NCBI GenBank assembly: GCA_037481575.1
Contig: JBBFLJ010000014.1
Coordinates: forward strand, 24,134-88,133
Direction: 5' to 3'
Source of the DNA: Bryobacteraceae bacterium
GTDB taxonomy: Bacteria; Acidobacteriota; Terriglobia; Bryobacterales; Bryobacteraceae
Length of the DNA stretch: 64,000 bases
Shown: positions 18,092 through 30,177 of the stretch, in pieces
Layout: every line of letters starts with the position of its first letter
Position numbering within the stretch: the first letter of the stretch is position 1
The notes under the pieces: model-generated
Seen by the model: the letters and a program-made list of their open reading frames with translations, nothing else
Databases searched by the model: none
Told to the model about the DNA's origin: nothing
Made by a program: the position numbers and the translations under genes

Positions 18092-19348
18092 ATGAGAGTC
18101 GTGGACGCGGCGGCCCCGGCGGCGCCGGCGCCCGGCGATGGACGGCGTTTTCCGTTCGCAAGGAGATCGAACGGCAAAGGCGGAGCAGCGGCAACCTCCC
18201 CCGCCTTGCTCGACCCCTGCCGCACGGGGCGTGAGGCGGCCGAACTCGAGGCCGGCCTCCGCTCCCTCGTCGTCGGCCAGGACGAGGCCATCGCGCAGAT
18301 CGTCAACGTCTATCAGATGTACCTCACCGGGCTTTGCCCGCCCCAGCGGCCCGTCGCCAACCTGCTCTTCCTCGGCCCCACAGGCACGGGCAAGACCCGC
18401 ATCGTCGAAGCCACCGCCGAGACCCTCGTCGGCACCTCCCGCGCCGTCATCAAGATCGACTGCGGCGAGTTCCAGCACAGCCACGAAATCGCCAAGCTGA
18501 TCGGCTCGCCCCCGGGCTACCTCGGCCACCGCGAGACCCATCCCCTGCTCAGCCAGGAGGTCCTCAACCAGTACCACACCGACCGCGTCAAGCTCAGCTT
18601 CGTCCTCTTCGACGAGATCGAAAAGGCTTCCGACGCGCTCTGGAACCTCCTGCTCGGCATCCTCGACAAGGCCACGCTCACTCTCGGCGACAACCGCAAG
18701 GTGGACTTCTCGCGCGCCATGATCTTCCTCACCTCCAACCTCGGCGCCTCCGAGATGCAGTCGCTGGTGAGCCCCAAGCTCGGCTTCCGCGCCCTCGCCC
18801 AGCTGCCGCCCGACCCCCGGCTCGAAGGGCGCATCCACCGCAGCGGCATCGAGGCCGCGCGCCGCAAGTTCACCCCCGAGTTCATGAACCGGCTCGACAA
18901 GATCGTCGTCTTCCGCCCGCTGGGAGACGCCGAGCTGCGCCGCATCCTCGACATCGAACTCGGGCTCGTCCAGCAGCGCGTGCTCACCGCGAGCCCCGAG
19001 CGCGCCTTCGTCTTCCGCCTCACCGACGAAGCCAAGGACGCCCTGCTCGAGGACGGCATCGACATCCGCTACGGCGCACGCCACCTGAAGCGCTCCATCG
19101 AGCGCATGCTCGTCCAGCCGCTGTCGAACCTCATCGCCACCGAGCAGATCCGCGGCGGCGACCTCGTCCGCGTCGACTGGGACGAAGAAAACGGCTGCCT
19201 CCGCTTCTTCCGCGAAGACGAGGGCATCCCCGTGCAGGCGATGGCCGAAATGCTCGACCCGCCCGTCCGCCTGTGGGCGCGGTCCGCTGCCGCCACGCAG
19301 CCGCTTCCCCAAAAAGCTCCCCTCGCACGCGGCTCCCGCCGCGCCTGA
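18092..19348 (+). CDS. Single-ring AAA+ ATPase resembling the D2 module of ClpA/ClpB/ClpC
   Basis: VVGQDEAI, Walker A GPTGTGKT, Walker B VLFDEIEKA, sensor-1 LTSN, GSPPGYLGH, and RPEF-like TPEFMNRLD with C-terminal small-domain GARHLKR. There is no N-domain, D1 or middle domain. First ATG at 18092; an in-frame TTG at 18080 is possible. Confidence 0.75.
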   Translation: MRVVDAAAPAAPAPGDGRRFPFARRSNGKGGAAATSPALLDPCRTGREAAELEAGLRSLVVGQDEAIAQIVNVYQMYLTGLCPPQRPVANLLFLGPTGTGKTRIVEATAETLVGTSRAVIKIDCGEFQHSHEIAKLIGSPPGYLGHRETHPLLSQEVLNQYHTDRVKLSFVLFDEIEKASDALWNLLLGILDKATLTLGDNRKVDFSRAMIFLTSNLGASEMQSLVSPKLGFRALAQLPPDPRLEGRIHRSGIEAARRKFTPEFMNRLDKIVVFRPLGDAELRRILDIELGLVQQRVLTASPERAFVFRLTDEAKDALLEDGIDIRYGARHLKRSIERMLVQPLSNLIATEQIRGGDLVRVDWDEENGCLRFFREDEGIPVQAMAEMLDPPVRLWARSAAATQPLPQKAPLARGSRRA

Positions 19349-19368
19349 GCGAGAGCTGGAAAATCGCG

Positions 19369-19494
19369 GTTCCCCCGGCGCTTGCGCCCGGGCCGCGTTG
19401 CCTGCCCTGTTCCCCCGACGCTTGCGTCGGGGCCACATGGCCTTGCTAGCGCTTGCGGATTGCGCAGTTCCCCCGACGCTTGCGTCGGGGCCGC
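19369..19494. repeat. Three further copies of the 28-nt REP-like palindromic element
   Basis: Copies at 19369-19396, 19409-19436 (a 12-nt linker from the first, giving the same 40-bp phasing as at 4.3 kb) and 19467-19494. They lie immediately downstream of the Clp-like gene stop (19348). Confidence 0.85.
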
Positions 19495-19524
19495 GCTGCC
19501 TCCGTTGCGCGCCACCCCCGATGA

Positions 19525-19617
19525 GGAGATGGGGACAGACTACTCTGTCCCGCCCCCGCACTGCCCACACCCAAACGCCCCGCCCACTCGTGGACAGAGC
19601 AGCCTGTCCCCATCTCC
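19525..19617. promoter_or_regulatory. Pair of GGACAG-N6-CTGTCC(C) palindromes nested in a 14-bp long-range inverted repeat, upstream of the NtrC-like gene
   Basis: Site 1 is GGGACAG actact CTGTCCC at 19532-19551. Site 2 is GGACAG agcagc CTGTCCC at 19592-19610, spaced about 60 bp from site 1. The outer arms GGAGATGGGGACAG (19525-19538) and CTGTCCCCATCTCC (19604-19617) are perfect complements. The element lies 70-165 nt upstream of the ATG at 19689. Its function is inferred, not shown. Confidence 0.4.
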
Positions 19618-19688
19618 GCTCCGATCCCGCCCGCCAGTCCACCCCAAACAGTTGGCCCGCCGCCGCCTGTATAGTCGGTAATGAAACC

Positions 19689-21089
19689 ATGGCTCCCACT
19701 GCCAGACCCGGCGTGCTCGTCGTCGATGACGAAGTCAACCAGCGCACGGCCCTTGCCTCGATGCTCGAAGCGTGGGGCTACTCCGCCGCCACCGCCGCCG
19801 ATGGCGCTGAAGCGCTGGACCGGCTCCGCGATTTCCCAGCCGACGTCATCATCACCGACCTCATGATGCCCGGCATGGACGGCGCCGAACTCCTCCGCCG
19901 CCTCAAGGAGCAAGGCAACGCCCCGCCCGCCATCGTCCTCACCGCCTTCGGCAACATCGAAACCGCCATCCGCATGGTGCACGATCTCGGCGCCTTCTGG
20001 TTCCTCGAAAAACCCCTCCAGACCGGCGCCCTGCGCCTCCTGCTCGAGCGCGCCGTCGCCCAGCGCCGCCTCGCCCAATACAGCGAATCCCTCGAACGAC
20101 AGCTCTCCTCCCGCGGAATTCTCGGCGATTTGGTCGGAAATTCGCCGCAAATGCAGGAGATTTTCTCCCTCATCCGCCAGGTCGCCCCCACTTCCGCCAC
20201 CGTCCTGATCACCGGCGAAAGCGGCACCGGCAAGGAACTCGCCGCCCGCGCCCTCCACCGCCTCAGCCCCCGCCGCGATGCCCCCTTCGTCGCCATCAAC
20301 TGCGCCGCCATGCCCGAAACCCTCATCGAAAGCGAGCTGTTCGGCCACGAAAAAGGGGCCTTCACCGGCGCCGTCGAGCGCCGCCGCGGCTGTTTCGAAC
20401 TTGCCCACACCGGCACGCTCCTGCTCGACGAGATCGGAGAGATGCCCCTCTCCACCCAGGCCAAGCTTCTCCGCGTGCTCGAAGAGCGCCGCGTCCGCCG
20501 CCTCGGCGGCAGCCGCGAAATCGACGTCGACGTCCGCCTCCTCGCCGCCTCCAACCGCCGCCTCGAGGAGGAAGTCCGCGCCGGGCGCTTCCGCGAAGAC
20601 CTCTACTTCCGCCTCCAGGTCTTCGAAATCCGCATGCCCCCGCTCCGCGAGCGCCTGAGCGACCTCCCGCTTCTCTGCGAGTCCATCATCGACGAACTGA
20701 ACCGGCGCCATCAGTGCGCCGTCGAGGGCCTCTCCCCTTCCGCCCTGGAAGCCCTCCGTGCACACCCCTGGCCCGGCAACGTCCGCGAGCTCCGCAACGC
20801 CCTCGAACGCGCCGTCATCCTCGCCGGCAGCGGCCTGCTTGAACCGCGCCACTTCCTCTTCCTCTCGCCGCAGCCCCGCCCCGCCGCCGCAGACGCCCCC
20901 GCCGCGGACACCGGCGAAGTCCGCATCCCCATCGGCGCCACCATCGATCAGGCCGAACGCGCCCTCATCGAGGCCACCCTGCGCCACACCGGGAACAACC
21001 GCACCCGCGCCGCCGCCATCCTCGGCATCAGCCAGAAGACCCTCTTCAACAAGCTCCGCGAGTATGGAGCCCGCCCGCAGGGAGAGTGA
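19689..21089 (+). CDS. Sigma-54-dependent response regulator (NtrC family: REC-AAA+-Fis HTH)
   Basis: In-frame ATG at 19689 (MAPTARPGVLVVDDE). REC domain with DLMMPGMDG. Walker A GESGTGKE, the sigma-54 contact loop GAFTGA, and a C-terminal HTH (AAAILGISQKTLFNKL). Confidence 0.9.
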   Translation: MAPTARPGVLVVDDEVNQRTALASMLEAWGYSAATAADGAEALDRLRDFPADVIITDLMMPGMDGAELLRRLKEQGNAPPAIVLTAFGNIETAIRMVHDLGAFWFLEKPLQTGALRLLLERAVAQRRLAQYSESLERQLSSRGILGDLVGNSPQMQEIFSLIRQVAPTSATVLITGESGTGKELAARALHRLSPRRDAPFVAINCAAMPETLIESELFGHEKGAFTGAVERRRGCFELAHTGTLLLDEIGEMPLSTQAKLLRVLEERRVRRLGGSREIDVDVRLLAASNRRLEEEVRAGRFREDLYFRLQVFEIRMPPLRERLSDLPLLCESIIDELNRRHQCAVEGLSPSALEALRAHPWPGNVRELRNALERAVILAGSGLLEPRHFLFLSPQPRPAAADAPAADTGEVRIPIGATIDQAERALIEATLRHTGNNRTRAAAILGISQKTLFNKLREYGARPQGE

Positions 21090-21092
21090 TCC

Positions 21093-22922
21093 GTGTCCCT
21101 CCGCGCCCGCGTCATTCTGATGACCGTCGGCCTCGTCGCCGCCGTCGCCCTCACGCTCATTCTCGTCGAACTCCACAACCTCATCTCCATCTCCCTGCAG
21201 CACTCCAGCGACCGCGCCCACATGACCGCGCAGTTCGTCAAGCGCTACGTCCTCGACCGCGCCCAGCAGCGCACCCGCGAATCCGCCCACCTCGCCACCC
21301 TCGACGAACGCATCGCGGAATGGCAGCAAGCCGTTCAATCCGATCCCGAGCTCCCTGCCCTGCTCGCCTCCACCCTCGCCCAGACGCGCGCCATCGTGGA
21401 AATCTCTGTCGCCGATGGCCGCGGCCTGATTCTCGCTTCCTCCAACCCGGCGCGCACAGGCCAGCTCCTCCAGCCTCGCCTCCCCCTGAAAAATCTCCTC
21501 GATCTCGGCCCCGTCGACAAATTCCAGGCCGTCCTCGGCAGCCAGATCGATTACGAAAACCGCGTCGAATTGGGCGTCGAATTCCCGGAAAATCCCGCCC
21601 AACGCCGCGTCGTTTTCGCCATTCAGGTCCTCGTCTCCTCCGTCCTGCTCCGCGATGCCATCCTGCCCGAGGTTCGCCGCTCCGCCCTCGCCTCCCTCCC
21701 CCTCTTCCTTCTCGCGCTCGGCATCGCCTCCCTCACCGCCCAGATCGCGCTCCTCCCCCTGAACCGGATCAGCCGCACTATCGACAGCATCCGCAGCGGC
21801 GAACCGGAACCCTTCTCCGAACCGCCCTCCTCCCGCGAACTCGCCGCCGTCCAGGAAAAGCTCCGCCTGCTCGGCGAGCAATTCCGCGGCGCGCAGGAAG
21901 GCGCCTCACAGCTCCGCCACAGCGTCGAGCACATGATCCAGGGCCTCGAGGAATCCCTTCTGCTGTTCGATGCCCAGGGCCGCCTCGTCGTCTCCAGCGA
22001 AGCGGCCGAGCACCTCCTCGGACTTTCCCGCAGCCAGATCGCCGGCCTCCACATCCACGACCTGTTCCCTCCCGAAGGCCCCGTCGGCTCTGTCCTGGCC
22101 CAGCCCCTCCTCACCCGCACCCCCGTGAAACAGGTCCGCGCCGGCCGCCTTCTCGTCAGTTTCGATCCCCTCCCCCACGGCGCGTCCCTGCTCCGCCTTC
22201 GCGACGCCGAAGGACGCCGCATCGTCGAGGATCAGCTCAACCTCACCTCCCGCCTCGCTGCCATCAGCCGCCTCACGAGCGGCGTCGCCCATGAAATCAA
22301 GAACCCCCTCAACTCCATCGCCCTCCGCCTCGAACTCCTCCGCTCCCGCGTCCTCCCTGAATTGCCCGAAGCCCAGCCTGAGCTCGATGTCATCGCCCAG
22401 GAAATCGTCCGCCTCGACCGCGTCGTCCGCACCTTCCTCGACTTCACCCGCCCCGTCGAACTGCAAACCGAAATCCTCGACCTCGCCGCCCTCATCCGCC
22501 GCCTCCTCGATCTCGTCCGCCCTGAAGCCGGCCAGCACTCTGTCCTCATCAGCGAGGAGGGACTCGACTCCCCCGCCCCCGTCCGCGGCGACTCCGGCCT
22601 CCTCCAGCAGGCCCTCCTCAACATCCTCCGCAACGCCCTCGAGGCCATGCCCTCCGGCGGAAAACTCTCCGTGCGCCTGCAAAAATCCGCCGAAAATGCC
22701 TTCCTCGAAATCTCCGATACCGGCCCCGGAATTCCTCCGGAATTGCGCGAAAAAGTCTTTCACCTGTATTACACGACCAAGCAGAACGGCACCGGCATTG
22801 GCCTGGCCATGACCTACCGCGCCATCCAGCTCCACAACGGCGCCATCGAGATCGGCGGCGAGCCCGGCTCGGGCGCCGTCTTCCGCATCCGCCTGCCCCT
22901 CTCCGCGGAGGTGCCCGCATGA
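21093..22922 (+). CDS. Sensor histidine kinase (two TM helices, sensor domain, HAMP/PAS, HisKA, HATPase), partner of the NtrC-like regulator
   Basis: GTG start 3 nt after the regulator stop. H-box SGVAHEIKNPLNSI, N-box ILRNALEA, G-boxes DTGPGIP and GTGIGLAM. Confidence 0.85.
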   Translation: MSLRARVILMTVGLVAAVALTLILVELHNLISISLQHSSDRAHMTAQFVKRYVLDRAQQRTRESAHLATLDERIAEWQQAVQSDPELPALLASTLAQTRAIVEISVADGRGLILASSNPARTGQLLQPRLPLKNLLDLGPVDKFQAVLGSQIDYENRVELGVEFPENPAQRRVVFAIQVLVSSVLLRDAILPEVRRSALASLPLFLLALGIASLTAQIALLPLNRISRTIDSIRSGEPEPFSEPPSSRELAAVQEKLRLLGEQFRGAQEGASQLRHSVEHMIQGLEESLLLFDAQGRLVVSSEAAEHLLGLSRSQIAGLHIHDLFPPEGPVGSVLAQPLLTRTPVKQVRAGRLLVSFDPLPHGASLLRLRDAEGRRIVEDQLNLTSRLAAISRLTSGVAHEIKNPLNSIALRLELLRSRVLPELPEAQPELDVIAQEIVRLDRVVRTFLDFTRPVELQTEILDLAALIRRLLDLVRPEAGQHSVLISEEGLDSPAPVRGDSGLLQQALLNILRNALEAMPSGGKLSVRLQKSAENAFLEISDTGPGIPPELREKVFHLYYTTKQNGTGIGLAMTYRAIQLHNGAIEIGGEPGSGAVFRIRLPLSAEVPA

Positions 22923-23503
22923 CGCCCCGCAACGTCGCGGCGCTCCTGCTCGCCGCTGCCCTCCTTGCGGGCGGATGCCGCGCCCGCCGCGCCCCCGCAC
23001 CCGCCGTTCCTGCCCGCCCTTTGCGCGTCTTTACGCCCCCGCCCCCGCTCGTGCCCGCCCTCGTCCTGCTTGAAGAGCCCGCGGTCCCTGAAACAAAAGA
23101 CGCCGTTTCTGTTCTTCCGCCGCCGCCTTCCTCGTTCCGAGGATTCCCGCCCCCGCCGCCCGTCCGCCGCCGTCCTGCTCCGCCCCCGGCGAAGCCCGAA
23201 GCCGGGGAGCCCGCGCAGCCGGAACCGCCCGCCGCCCCCGAAATCCGCCTCGGCGAGGTCCTGCCTGCGGACGTCGCCCGCCAGCTCGAACGCCAGCTCG
23301 CCGCGAACACGGCAGCCGCCCGCGGCGTGCTTGAGCGCATCCGCGGGCGCCGCCTCACGCGCGAACAGGCAGACCTCGCGGCGCGCATCCGCGCCTTCCT
23401 CCAGCAGGCCGGGCAGATGCGCGCCCGCGATCTCGCCGCCGCAGCGGAACTCTCCCGCCGCGCCGCGCTCCTCGCCCAGGAACTGGAGCGCAATCTCAGA
23501 TGA
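22919..23503 (+). CDS. Proline-rich putative lipoprotein, translationally coupled to the kinase gene
   Basis: The ATG overlaps the kinase stop (ATGA). Signal peptide with lipobox LLAGGC. Pro-rich linker and an Arg/Ala-rich helical C-terminus. No family recognised. Confidence 0.5.
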   Translation: MTPRNVAALLLAAALLAGGCRARRAPAPAVPARPLRVFTPPPPLVPALVLLEEPAVPETKDAVSVLPPPPSSFRGFPPPPPVRRRPAPPPAKPEAGEPAQPEPPAAPEIRLGEVLPADVARQLERQLAANTAAARGVLERIRGRRLTREQADLAARIRAFLQQAGQMRARDLAAAAELSRRAALLAQELERNLR

Positions 23504-23506
23504 GCG

Positions 23507-24670
23507 CTACTTCCTCGGCGGCACGGTCACGAATTTCCACACGGTCGTCGAACGGTACTCCTGCCCCGGTTCCAGCACCGTCGACGGAAACTCCGGCTTG
23601 TTTGGCGAATCCGGAAAATGCTGCGTCTCCAGGCAGAATCCCGAGCGCCGCGGATACACCTTCCCGCCCTTGCCCGTGATCGTGCCATCCAGGAAATTCC
23701 CGGTGTAAAACTGCATCCCAGGCTCCGTCGTCCACACCTCCAGCCCGCGCCCGGTGGCCGGCTCCACCACTCGCGCCGCCAGCGACAGCCCCTCACCCTC
23801 GCGGTCCAGCACGAAATTGTGGTCATAACCTCCGCCAAGACGGATCTGCTCGTCGTCGGCGTCGATTCGCTCTCCGATCCGCCGCGGCTTGCGGAAATCG
23901 AACGGCGTGCCCTCCACGCTGCGCAGCTCGCCCGTCGGAATCAGCCCCGCATCCACCGGCGTAAACCGGCTCGCACGGATTTCAATCTCGTGATTCAGAA
24001 TGTCCCCCTGTCCTTGCCCTGCCAGGTTGAAATAGGTGTGGTTGGTCAGATTCACCACCGTCTTTTTGTCCGTGGCCGCCCGGTAATCAATCCGCAGCGA
24101 ATCGTCGTCGGAGAGCGTATAGCGCACCTCCGTCCGCAGCGTTCCCGGATAGCCCTCCTCTCCATCCGGGCTCGTGTATTCGAGGATCAGCGTCTGCCCC
24201 TGCTCGCCGGACTCCGTGCGCGCCTTCCACAGCTTCTTGTCGAACCCCTCGTTGCCTCCGTGCAGCGAGTTCTCTCCATTGTTCTTCGCCAGCGTGTAGG
24301 TCACCCCGTCCAGCGTGAAGCGCGCCTTCCCGATCCGGTTCCCGTAACGCCCGATGATCGCCCCGAAATACGGATGCGGCTGCAGATACCGCTCCAGCGT
24401 GTCAAAGCCCAGCGCCACGTCCGCGAGCAGCCCTTTGCCGTCGAACGTCTTCAGCGTCACAATAATGCCGCCGTAATTCGTGATCGACGTCTCGATCCCG
24501 TTCTTGTTCTTCAGCGTGAACAGCTGCACGGTTTCTCCGTTCGGCATTTTCCCGAATTCCTGTACAGTCACGGTTCCTTTTGCTCCTCTCTCTGCGGTCT
24601 TGCATGCCGCAAACAGCGCTGCCGCCGGCACAGCCGTGCGCATCGCCTCGCGGCGGGAAATTCGTCTCAT
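23507..24670 (-). CDS. galM: Aldose 1-epimerase (galactose mutarotase), secreted
   Basis: 387 aa. N-terminal signal or lipoprotein-like leader (AALFAACKT). Motifs GNRIGKARF, SLHGGNEGFDKKLW, NHTYFNL and FCLETQHFPDSPN. Confidence 0.88.
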   Translation of the reverse strand: MRRISRREAMRTAVPAAALFAACKTAERGAKGTVTVQEFGKMPNGETVQLFTLKNKNGIETSITNYGGIIVTLKTFDGKGLLADVALGFDTLERYLQPHPYFGAIIGRYGNRIGKARFTLDGVTYTLAKNNGENSLHGGNEGFDKKLWKARTESGEQGQTLILEYTSPDGEEGYPGTLRTEVRYTLSDDDSLRIDYRAATDKKTVVNLTNHTYFNLAGQGQGDILNHEIEIRASRFTPVDAGLIPTGELRSVEGTPFDFRKPRRIGERIDADDEQIRLGGGYDHNFVLDREGEGLSLAARVVEPATGRGLEVWTTEPGMQFYTGNFLDGTITGKGGKVYPRRSGFCLETQHFPDSPNKPEFPSTVLEPGQEYRSTTVWKFVTVPPRK

Positions 24671-24673
24671 GGA

Positions 24674-27973
<3,300 letters not shown>

Positions 27974-27975
27974 TC

Positions 27976-28281
27976 ATGCTGATCGTTCATGTCCACGTCT
28001 CCGTGAAGCCCGAATCCGTGGAAGCCTTCCGCCAGGCGACTATCGAAAACGCCTCCGCCAGCCTGAACGAGCCCGGCGTCGCCCGCTTCGACGTCATTCA
28101 GCAGACCGACGATCCCACGAAGTTCATCCTCGTCGAGGTCTACCGCTCGCCGGAAGCCGCCGCCGCCCACAAGGAGACCGCCCACTACGCCAGGTGGCGC
28201 GACACCGTCGCCCCGATGATGGCGCAGCCGCGCTCCAGCGTGAAGTACTCCAACGTCTTCCCTCCCGACGAGGGCTGGTGA
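27976..28281 (+). CDS. ABM-domain (antibiotic biosynthesis monooxygenase-like / quinol monooxygenase-like) protein
   Basis: 101 aa with a ferredoxin-like fold pattern: [11 protein letters not shown]...F...E.GV.RFDV.Q...DP..F.LVEVY....A...H..T.HY. AAGGAG lies 6 nt before the ATG. Confidence 0.7.
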   Translation: MLIVHVHVSVKPESVEAFRQATIENASASLNEPGVARFDVIQQTDDPTKFILVEVYRSPEAAAAHKETAHYARWRDTVAPMMAQPRSSVKYSNVFPPDEGW

Positions 28282-28285
28282 GCGC

Positions 28286-29449
28286 ATGATGTGGGAATTC
28301 GCCACCGCGGCGCGCATCGTCTTCGGCGCCGGCGCCGCCAGCCAGATCGCCCCCGCCGCCCGCGCCTTCGGCTCGCGCGCCCTGCTCGTCACCGGGCGCA
28401 AGCCCCGCCACGCCGCCCGCCTCGTCGCCGACCTGCACAACCTCGGCGTCGGATGCACGCCCTTCCCCGCCTCCGGCGAACCCACGCTCGACACCGTGCG
28501 TGCGGGCGTCGAAACCGCGCGCCGCGAGGGCTGTGATCTCGTCATCGCCTGCGGCGGCGGCAGCGCCATCGACGCCGGCAAAGCCATCGCCGCCATGCTC
28601 GCCAACCCCGGCGATGTTCTCGACTACCTCGAGGTCATCGGAAACGCGCAGCCGCTCCGCGCCGCCCCCGTGCCTTTCATCGCCGTCCCCACCACTGCTG
28701 GCGCCGGCAGCGAGGTCACGCGCAACGCCGTTCTTCAGTCTCCGGAACACGGCGTGAAAGCCAGCCTCCGCAGCCCGCTGATGCTCCCCCGCCTCGCCGT
28801 CGTCGATCCCGAACTCACGCTCTCTGCGCCGCCTGACGTCACTGCCGCCACAGGGCTCGACGCGCTCTCCCAGCTGCTCGAACCCTTCGTCAGCCTGCGC
28901 GCCAATCCCTTCACCGACATGCTCTGCCGCGAGGGGCTGCGCCTCGCCGCCCGCTCGCTCCGGCGCGCCTTCGAGGACGGAAACGACCTGGAAGCCCGCA
29001 CCGGCATGTCGCTTGCCAGCCTCCTCGGCGGCATGGCTCTCGCCAACGCCGGGCTCGGCGCCGTCCACGGCTTCGCCGCGCCTATCGGCGGCGCCTTCCC
29101 CGCTCCCCACGGCGCCGTCTGCGCGGCTCTGCTCGCGCCCGTCACCCGCGCCAACCTCCGCGCCCTCCAGTCGCGCGAGCCGAACAACCCCGCACTCGCG
29201 CGTTACGAAGAAGCCGCGCGCATCCTCGATCCCGGCGGCGCCGGCGCCGCCTCCCTCCCCGATTGGCTCGATCAACTCCGCGCCGCGCTCGGCATCCCTC
29301 CGCTGTCTGCTTACGGGATCCGCGAATCCGACATCCCCGGGCTGTGCGAAAAAGCCGCCCGCGCCAGCAGCATGAAGGGCAATCCGGTGCAGCTCACCCC
29401 GGAGGAGCTTCACGCCGTGCTCGCCGAAGCGCTCGGCGCGCCGCGTTGA
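28286..29449 (+). CDS. Iron-containing (group III) alcohol dehydrogenase
   Basis: 387 aa. Motifs GGGSAIDAGKA, VPTTAGAGSEVT, and His-rich metal-site motifs (GAVHGFAAPIGG, PHGAVCA). Confidence 0.85.
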   Translation: MMWEFATAARIVFGAGAASQIAPAARAFGSRALLVTGRKPRHAARLVADLHNLGVGCTPFPASGEPTLDTVRAGVETARREGCDLVIACGGGSAIDAGKAIAAMLANPGDVLDYLEVIGNAQPLRAAPVPFIAVPTTAGAGSEVTRNAVLQSPEHGVKASLRSPLMLPRLAVVDPELTLSAPPDVTAATGLDALSQLLEPFVSLRANPFTDMLCREGLRLAARSLRRAFEDGNDLEARTGMSLASLLGGMALANAGLGAVHGFAAPIGGAFPAPHGAVCAALLAPVTRANLRALQSREPNNPALARYEEAARILDPGGAGAASLPDWLDQLRAALGIPPLSAYGIRESDIPGLCEKAARASSMKGNPVQLTPEELHAVLAEALGAPR

Positions 29450-29533
29450 CCCAATCCGGAGTTTTCGATACGCTTGTCGCAGCCCTGCCCGGCGCCGGGA
29501 CTCTCCGCCGCCTGCCGGGCGAAGGAGTCTCGC

Positions 29534-30172
29534 ATGGCAGACCTTCAAAAACTCTACGACGCGGTGCTCAACGGCGATCAGAAAACCGCCGTGGCTGTCA
29601 CGCAGGAAGCCCTCGCCGAAGGCTGCGACCCCATGGAGCTCATCACGAAGCACATGGTGCCCGCCATGGACGAGGTGGGCAGGCGTTTCGAGTGCGAAGA
29701 GTACTTCGTGCCGGAGCTGCTGCTTTCGGCGCGCGCCATGAAGGGCGCGCTCGAACTGTTGCGCCCGTTGCTCGCCGCCAGCGGCGCCGAACCCGCAGGC
29801 CGCGTCGTCATCGGCACCGTCAAGGGCGACCTGCACGACATCGGCAAGAACCTCGTCGCCTCCATGCTCGAGGGCGGCGGCTTTGAAGTGATCGATCTCG
29901 GCGCCGACGTGCCCCCGGAGAGATTCATCGAAGCCGTACGCGAAAACAATGCCCGCATCGTCGCCCTCTCGGCGCTGCTCACCGTCACCATGCCTTCCAT
30001 GCGCAAGACCATCGAGGCGCTCGAGAAGGCGGGCATGCGCCAGCAGGTAAAGGTCATGGTGGGAGGCGCGCCGGTGACGGCGCAGTTCGCCGCCGAGATC
30101 GGCGCCGACGGTTACGGGGAGAACGCCACCGCCGCCGTCGCGCTCGCCCGCAGGTTCGCGCAGGCAGGCTGA
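29534..30172 (+). CDS. Corrinoid (cobalamin-binding) protein of the MtaC/MtbC/MetH-B12 type
   Basis: ATG at 29534 preceded by GAAGGAG. N-terminal helical cap domain, then DxHxxG (GDLHDIGKN), SxL (SALLT) and GG (MVGGAP) motifs. Confidence 0.9.
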   Translation: MADLQKLYDAVLNGDQKTAVAVTQEALAEGCDPMELITKHMVPAMDEVGRRFECEEYFVPELLLSARAMKGALELLRPLLAASGAEPAGRVVIGTVKGDLHDIGKNLVASMLEGGGFEVIDLGADVPPERFIEAVRENNARIVALSALLTVTMPSMRKTIEALEKAGMRQQVKVMVGGAPVTAQFAAEIGADGYGENATAAVALARRFAQAG

Positions 30173-30177
30173 CGCGT

